Shown here: piece by piece, positions 58,820-64,000 of the stretch | Layout: the number at the start of each line of letters is the position of its first letter | Position numbering within the stretch: position 1 is the stretch's first letter | Source of the DNA: Gammaproteobacteria bacterium | GTDB taxonomy: Bacteria > Pseudomonadota > Gammaproteobacteria > QZLD01 | Direction: 5' to 3' | Length of the DNA: 64,000 nt | Assembly: GCA_033852075.1 (NCBI GenBank) | Contig: JAWSVC010000014.1 | Coordinates: forward strand, 113-64,112 | Position numbers and translations under genes: made by a program | Notes under the pieces: generated by a model | What the model was told of the DNA's origin: nothing | What the model saw: only the letters and a program-made list of their open reading frames with translations | Database searches by the model: none

Positions 58820-59067
58820 CCCTAGAGCTTAAAGAACTTATTATTGAAACACTTAATTTAGAAGATGTTTCTGTTGATGATATTGAAGATGAGGCTCCAT
58901 TGTTTGGTGATGGTCTTGGTCTTGATTCAATTGATGCGTTAGAGCTAGGTGTAGCTTTACAGAAAAGATATGCGGTTAAAGTAAAATCTGATGCAGAAGA
59001 GAATAGGGAGCACTTTTATAGTATTAAAACACTTGAAAAGTTCATTTCTGAGTCAGCAAAGGCATAG
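58807..59067 (+). CDS. Acyl carrier protein (86 aa).
   Basis: Phosphopantetheine-attachment motif GLDSIDALEL. Confidence 0.75.
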   Translation: MSELALELKELIIETLNLEDVSVDDIEDEAPLFGDGLGLDSIDALELGVALQKRYAVKVKSDAEENREHFYSIKTLEKFISESAKA

Positions 59068-59083
59068 TTGGAGGCTGGGTTTT

Positions 59084-59332
59084 ATGCAAACTAAAGAAGA
59101 AATTTTTGCGATGGTTGCGGATTTATTGGAAGAACTATTTGAGGTAGATAAATCTTCTATCACGATGGAAACCAACTTATATGAAGATCTTGATATAGAC
59201 AGTATCGATGCAGTTGATCTAGTAGTTAAGCTAAAAACTGTTACTGGAAAGAAAATACAACCAGATGAGTTTAAGGCCGTAAGAACTATGGAAAATGTGG
59301 TCGATGTTGTAAGTGGGTTGGTAAATTCATAA
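59084..59332 (+). CDS. Second acyl carrier protein (83 aa). The start is at the ATG after SD GGAGG.
   Basis: Motif DLDIDSIDAVDL. The tandem ACP pair is typical of APE clusters. Confidence 0.7.
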   Translation: MQTKEEIFAMVADLLEELFEVDKSSITMETNLYEDLDIDSIDAVDLVVKLKTVTGKKIQPDEFKAVRTMENVVDVVSGLVNS

Positions 59333-59402
59333 TTTCTGAAGTTAAATGGCTGGTTGATTTTTATCGGTTTGCTGGCAGTGTTGTCGTTAAATAGCGTTAA
59401 TT

Positions 59403-59987
59403 ATGAAAAAGCTTTTAAATATACTTCTGACAATATCAATCATCCTTTATCCGGTGCTTGTTTATTTAGGATTACAGCACTTTGATGTCAGAGTAGTGGC
59501 AGTTCTGATTCTTATAATTCTTGCTATTAGATATTGGCTAAGCAGAAAAAGTGATAATTCAGGGCGTGGGCTACCGCAATTCAGGATTGTGTTAATTTTT
59601 GGAATTCTGCTGATTATTGGTGCATTAGCCACAAATAACGAATATGGGATAAAGTTATATCCTGCTATTGTTAATTTGGGGATGTTGGTGATTTTTGCCT
59701 CCAGTCTTTATTGGCCGCCACCTATTATTGAAAGATTTGCCCGGATTATGGATAAAAACTTTCCTGATGAGGCTATGCCATATGCCAGAAAAGTAACCAT
59801 AGCCTGGAGTCTATTTTTTTTATTAAATGGTTTGGCTGCTGTTTGGACAACATTCTTTGCCAGTCAAAAAGTTTGGGCAGCGTATAATGGCTTTATCTCA
59901 TATCTTTTGATTGGTTTGATGTTTGCTGGTGAGTTTATTGTTCGCAAAATAGTAATGCGTAAGATTGAGCAGGAACGTAAGGCATAG
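59403..59987 (+). CDS. Integral membrane protein (194 aa, about 5 TM helices). Belongs to the APE cluster.
   Basis: Hydrophobic helices throughout. Conserved position between the ACPs and the ligase gene. Confidence 0.5.
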   Translation: MKKLLNILLTISIILYPVLVYLGLQHFDVRVVAVLILIILAIRYWLSRKSDNSGRGLPQFRIVLIFGILLIIGALATNNEYGIKLYPAIVNLGMLVIFASSLYWPPPIIERFARIMDKNFPDEAMPYARKVTIAWSLFFLLNGLAAVWTTFFASQKVWAAYNGFISYLLIGLMFAGEFIVRKIVMRKIEQERKA

Positions 59988-60027
59988 ATAATCCAAGACA
60001 GAATGAACTAATTATTGGGAAATTAAA

Positions 60028-61797
60028 TTGAATAGTTTGAGTATTAGTAACTCTCTAAAGAATAAAAAAGAGCTACCCGTAGCCATCTTAAGTGATGGTA
60101 AGACGGTATTGTGGCAACAATTTATATCCCATATCTCAGCTTATCAATCAGATATCGAAAATGAATTTGGTTGTGGAGCAGAGAATAAACTAGCCATTTA
60201 TTTTGAAGACAGTTATCAATTTTTAACAACTTTCTGTGCAATCCTTATCTCCGGTAACAGTGTTGTAATGCCGGGAAATAATCTTAAAGGCACATGTGCA
60301 AATTTAACCGATTATGTGGATGGCTTTATTGGTGATTTTGATAATGAAATAGTTTCAGAATTGAAAGTAAAGCATATAAAACCGATTTCCATAGCTAATG
60401 TTGAGTTGCTATCAGATGAATTCGTCGTCCCTGTTATATCATCAGATAAACCATTGGTATCATTGTTTACTTCGGGTTCGTCTGGTGCTCCTAAACTTAT
60501 AGAAAAGTCTCTGCGTCAGTTAGAGGTTGAGGTCAATTCTTTAGATCAGCTTTGGGGGGATAAAATCAGCGATAGTATTATTGTTGGCAGTGTTTCTCAT
60601 CAGCATATATATGGCTTGTTATTCCGTATTCTTTGGCCATTGTTATCTGGACGTACTCTTTATGCTGAAATTTTGACTTATCCTGAAGAGATGCATGGGG
60701 TTCTAAAAAGCTTTGAATCCAGTATCTTGGTTTCTAGCCCTACACAACTATCCAGATTACCTGATTCAATTGAATGGAATCTTTTGCGAGGAAAGATTAA
60801 GGCGGTGTTTTCATCTGGAGCTCCTTTGGAAAAGCAAAGCAGTTTGCACGCTCGTGATAGTTTTGGTGTTGGAGTAATAGAAGTGCTTGGCAGCACTGAA
60901 ACAGGTGGAATTGCTTATAAGTGTGAGGATGGTGTTAATCCTGCATCCTGGACAGCATTTCCGGAAGTAGTTGTAAGTCGTGATGAAACTACCGGGGCAA
61001 TGCAACTAATATCACCACGATTACCGGATAATGAACTGTATACAACTACAGATAAAATAAAATTTACTGAAGATGAAAAAGGTTTTGTTCTATTAGGTAG
61101 AACCGACAGAATTGTAAAGATTGAAGGTAAGAGATTGTCGCTTGATGAAATGGAAGCTGTACTTTTAGAACATCCATTTATTAATTCGTGTCGAATTATT
61201 ACTTTTACTGAGGCAAGGCAGGTTATTGCTGTAGCAGCCACTTTAACCTCAAAAGGGAAAGACTACTTTGTAGATAAAGGGAAATTTAAACTCAACAGAG
61301 AGCTGGTTTCATTTTTGCGCGGTAGCTTTGAGAATGTATTGATGCCAAGAAAGTGGCGTTATATCGATGAGATTCCAGTTAATGCTCAAGGAAAGTTAGA
61401 GCATGAAAAAATAAGAGAGCTGTTTATTGATGTAGAGAAGCCAAAGTTTCCAGAGGTTATTGGTGCAAATGTTGATGCTGATAACGCCTCTTTGCAGATT
61501 TATGTTCCTGATAATATCTATTATTTTGCCGGACATTTCCCGGGAACATCAATACTTGCAGGGGTTGTGCAGTTAACTTGGGCAGCACATTATGCAAAAC
61601 AATATTTTGATATCGAGATAAACTCAAAACAGTTAGATGCAATTAAGTTTCAAAATGTAATAACTCCTGGGGCCAATATAACACTGGATTTAAAATATAA
61701 CCGCGATAAATCTAATGTAGCTTTTAAGTACTATTCCAAAGAAAAACAGTCTGAAGAAATTCAGTATTCCAGTGGAAGAATAAAGTTGGAATTATAA
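60028..61797 (+). CDS. Bifunctional protein (589 aa). An AMP-dependent adenylating ligase domain is fused to a C-terminal FabA/FabZ-like hotdog dehydratase.
   Basis: AMP-binding motif LFTSGSSGAPKLIEKS. C-terminal FAGHFPGTSILAGVVQLTWAAHYA (FabZ-type HFPG motif). Confidence 0.65.
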   Translation: MNSLSISNSLKNKKELPVAILSDGKTVLWQQFISHISAYQSDIENEFGCGAENKLAIYFEDSYQFLTTFCAILISGNSVVMPGNNLKGTCANLTDYVDGFIGDFDNEIVSELKVKHIKPISIANVELLSDEFVVPVISSDKPLVSLFTSGSSGAPKLIEKSLRQLEVEVNSLDQLWGDKISDSIIVGSVSHQHIYGLLFRILWPLLSGRTLYAEILTYPEEMHGVLKSFESSILVSSPTQLSRLPDSIEWNLLRGKIKAVFSSGAPLEKQSSLHARDSFGVGVIEVLGSTETGGIAYKCEDGVNPASWTAFPEVVVSRDETTGAMQLISPRLPDNELYTTTDKIKFTEDEKGFVLLGRTDRIVKIEGKRLSLDEMEAVLLEHPFINSCRIITFTEARQVIAVAATLTSKGKDYFVDKGKFKLNRELVSFLRGSFENVLMPRKWRYIDEIPVNAQGKLEHEKIRELFIDVEKPKFPEVIGANVDADNASLQIYVPDNIYYFAGHFPGTSILAGVVQLTWAAHYAKQYFDIEINSKQLDAIKFQNVITPGANITLDLKYNRDKSNVAFKYYSKEKQSEEIQYSSGRIKLEL

Positions 61798-62550
61798 ATG
61801 AGTGAACTTCAACAAAGCCAATATTGTGTAGTTATACCAATCTATAATCATGAAAAATTTATTGAATCTACCTTAAATAGAATTTTCCCATTTAAACTAC
61901 CGATTATTATTGTTAATGATGGTAGTAGAGATGAATGTACCCAGATATTGAATCAGCTTCAGGAACGTTATGATTCTGTCGATGTGCTTCACCTTCCTCA
62001 AAATGGAGGTAAAGGTGCTGCTGTAATAGCTGGTCTGAATAAGGCATATGCAGATGGTTATAAATATGCCGTACAGATAGACGCCGATGGCCAGCATGAT
62101 ATTGAAAAACTAAATGAGTTGCTGGCTGTATCAAAGGCAAGCCCCGAAGCATTGGTGACAGCTGTACCTGTATATGATGAATCGGTACCCAAAGGACGCC
62201 TGATAGCTCGTTATATCACCCATATTTGGGTTTGGATAAATACGCTTTCCTTTAATATTAAAGATTCCATGTGTGGTTATAGAGTTTATCCATTGCAAGC
62301 CACCTGTAATTTATTGCAGCGAGTAAGCCTTGGGCTGCGTATGGACTTTGATATTGAGATATTGGTAAGGCTTTTTTGGGATGGTGTTGATATCAAAAAC
62401 TTCCCGATTAAGGTTATTTATCATGATGATGGGATATCTCATTTTGATGCTGTACAAGATAATATTCTGATTTCCAAGATGCATGCAAGGTTGTTTTTCG
62501 GGATGCTGATTCGCCTTCCTAAACTATTACTTAGAAAGGTTCTTCCTTAA
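61798..62550 (+). CDS. Family-2 glycosyltransferase (250 aa).
   Basis: IIVNDGSRDE and DADGQHD (DxD) motifs. Confidence 0.7.
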   Translation: MSELQQSQYCVVIPIYNHEKFIESTLNRIFPFKLPIIIVNDGSRDECTQILNQLQERYDSVDVLHLPQNGGKGAAVIAGLNKAYADGYKYAVQIDADGQHDIEKLNELLAVSKASPEALVTAVPVYDESVPKGRLIARYITHIWVWINTLSFNIKDSMCGYRVYPLQATCNLLQRVSLGLRMDFDIEILVRLFWDGVDIKNFPIKVIYHDDGISHFDAVQDNILISKMHARLFFGMLIRLPKLLLRKVLP

Positions 62551-63503
62551 TGGCTAACTCAGATATTAGTAATGAAAAACACTGGGCAGATGTAAAAGAA
62601 GCCGGTGCCAGTATTGGCATGAAGGTTCTTTACTATATTTTGGTTATCTTTGGTGCAATCCCTGTTTATATAGCTCTTTACCCTGTAATTTTATATTTCT
62701 ACTTATTTAAGTCAGAAGCCAGAAAGGCATCGCGTGAATACCTGGGTAATCTTGCTACCTGCTATCCTGAACTTAAGTTAAAATCATCGCCATTAATTGG
62801 TTTTAAGCATTTCCTACAGTTCGCCAATCTGATCGTAGATAAGGTGCAGGTATGGATGGGTAGGTTAAATATTGAAGATTTGGAATTTGTAGACAGACAA
62901 ATAATTACTGATTACATGAATAATGGAACCGGTGCACTACTTGTTGGCTCTCACCATGGAAATTTAGAGGTGTGTCGCGGATTATCACGCCAGGTGCCAG
63001 GCGTAAAGGTTAATGTTTTAGTCCATACCAAGCATGCAATGAAATTTAATTCATTACTGTCAGATGTTGATGCATCAAATAGAATGAATCTGATTCAGGT
63101 AAGCGAAATTGATCCGGCAACTATTATTTTTCTAAAGGAAAAAATTGATAATGGTGAGTTTGTGGTTATTGTTGGTGATAGAATCCCAATATCAAGCGAT
63201 AGTACTCAGCAGGCTGAATTTTTAGGAAAGCAGGCAGATTTTCCGATTGGTCCATATGTATTAGCCATGTTATTAGGTTGTCCAATTGTGCTTATTTTCT
63301 GCTTGAAGCACTCTGGAAAATACAAGATGTATTTTGAAAAATTTGTAGATAGGGTTAAACGGGTCAGGAAAGATCGTGATTCGGTGTTTGCAGATTTAGT
63401 ACAGCAATATGCAAAACGTTTGGAACATTATTGTAAATTAGCTCCACTGCAATGGGGTAACTTCTTCCCATTCTGGTCTCAAAAAGGTAATCAGAAATCA
63501 TGA
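62550..63503 (+). CDS. LpxL/HtrB-family lipid A biosynthesis (lauroyl/myristoyl) acyltransferase homolog (317 aa).
   Basis: N-terminal TM. HHGN-E motif (VGSHHGNLEV). Its stop overlaps the next gene's start (ATGA). Confidence 0.6.
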   Translation: MANSDISNEKHWADVKEAGASIGMKVLYYILVIFGAIPVYIALYPVILYFYLFKSEARKASREYLGNLATCYPELKLKSSPLIGFKHFLQFANLIVDKVQVWMGRLNIEDLEFVDRQIITDYMNNGTGALLVGSHHGNLEVCRGLSRQVPGVKVNVLVHTKHAMKFNSLLSDVDASNRMNLIQVSEIDPATIIFLKEKIDNGEFVVIVGDRIPISSDSTQQAEFLGKQADFPIGPYVLAMLLGCPIVLIFCLKHSGKYKMYFEKFVDRVKRVRKDRDSVFADLVQQYAKRLEHYCKLAPLQWGNFFPFWSQKGNQKS

Positions 63504-64000
63504 GTGAAAATATTATTAAGGTTGATAACTCATCTTTAACTATTGAACAGGTTTGTGCTGTAGCCAAAAGAAAGCAGCAACTAACCCTGAGTAAAGATGA
63601 TTCGTTTCGTTCTTTTATTGAAAAAGGAACTGAGTTTTTAGATAAACTCTTAGAGAAAGATGGTGCTATTTACGGGGTTACAACCGGCTATGGGGATTCT
63701 TGTACAGTTAAGGTTCCTCTGGAATTAGTTAATGATCTTCCAATCCATCTGTATACGTTTCATGGGTGTGGTCTGGGGGAATTTTTTGATGATGAAACCG
63801 GAAGAGCGGTGTTAATGACCCGTCTTGCTTCTCTGACCAAGGGATTTTCTGGAGTTAGTTATAATCTTCTGGCACAACTGGCGTTATTGATTGAAAAAGG
63901 CATTACTCCAATTATTCCTCAAGAAGGCTCTGTAGGGGCAAGTGGTGACCTAACGCCTTTATCATATGTTGCTGCATCATTGTGTGGAAAACGTAAAGTT
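63500..64000 (+). CDS. Aromatic amino-acid ammonia-lyase (HAL/TAL/PAL family, MIO-dependent). The N-terminal 167 codons are present; the ORF continues past the window end.
   Basis: Translated manually: MSENIIKVDNSSLTIEQV...GVTTGYGDS...GSVGASGDLTPLSYVAAS. The Ala-Ser-Gly MIO-forming triad lies within the conserved GxxGASGDLxPL block. No stop codon occurs before position 64000. Confidence 0.8.
   Translation, partial: MSENIIKVDNSSLTIEQVCAVAKRKQQLTLSKDDSFRSFIEKGTEFLDKLLEKDGAIYGVTTGYGDSCTVKVPLELVNDLPIHLYTFHGCGLGEFFDDETGRAVLMTRLASLTKGFSGVSYNLLAQLALLIEKGITPIIPQEGSVGASGDLTPLSYVAASLCGKRKV

Overview
This 64-kb window looks like a low-GC (about 38-41% by eye) marine-type gammaproteobacterial chromosome. 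Recognisable core genes are asnS, glnK-amtB, csrA followed by tRNA-Ser(GCU), aspartokinase and recC-recB.

From start to end the window contains:
(1) A TPR lipoprotein, a secreted repeat protein with a GlyGly-CTERM-like sorting tail, and a hybrid sensor kinase with a periplasmic PstS-like phosphate-binding domain.
(2) A roughly 14.4-kb insertion bracketed by two diverged copies (about 188 bp, about 90% identical) of the 3' end of that kinase gene. It carries, on the minus strand, a TPR/4-TM membrane protein, a hypothetical exported protein, a radical-SAM/SPASM enzyme, an accessory Lnt (apolipoprotein N-acyltransferase) paralog, a TonB-dependent receptor, a periplasmic CobN/HmuS-like (de)chelatase, an ExbB/TolQ-like protein and a DUF2149-like protein. 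A secreted purple-acid-phosphatase-like enzyme lies alongside.
(3) A translationally coupled trio of SPFH proteins, the first fused to a CDF-type metal-efflux membrane domain.
(4) A PhoA-type alkaline phosphatase, a Fic C-terminal remnant and an alpha/beta hydrolase.
(5) A 1683-aa Ser/Thr kinase - AAA NTPase - TPR - GAF - GGDEF protein with foreign Arg codon usage.
(6) tRNA-Ser, csrA, lysC-type aspartokinase, a GNAT gene, then recC and recB with no recD following.
(7) A Cache/HAMP/PAS hybrid kinase convergent with a GAF-GGDEF cyclase, asnS, and a 750-bp noncoding tract holding a two-copy repeat element and three REP-like palindromes.
(8) A secreted beta-lactamase-family hydrolase, sigma54-type glnK-amtB, and a Sel1 protein.
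(9) The start of an aryl-polyene (APE)-type lipid/polyketide cluster: KS-like protein, PlsC-like acyltransferase, two ACPs, a membrane protein, an adenylating ligase fused to a dehydratase, a GT2, an LpxL-like acyltransferase and an MIO ammonia-lyase that runs off the window.

The most unusual element is the insertion in (2), followed by the SPFH/CDF operon.
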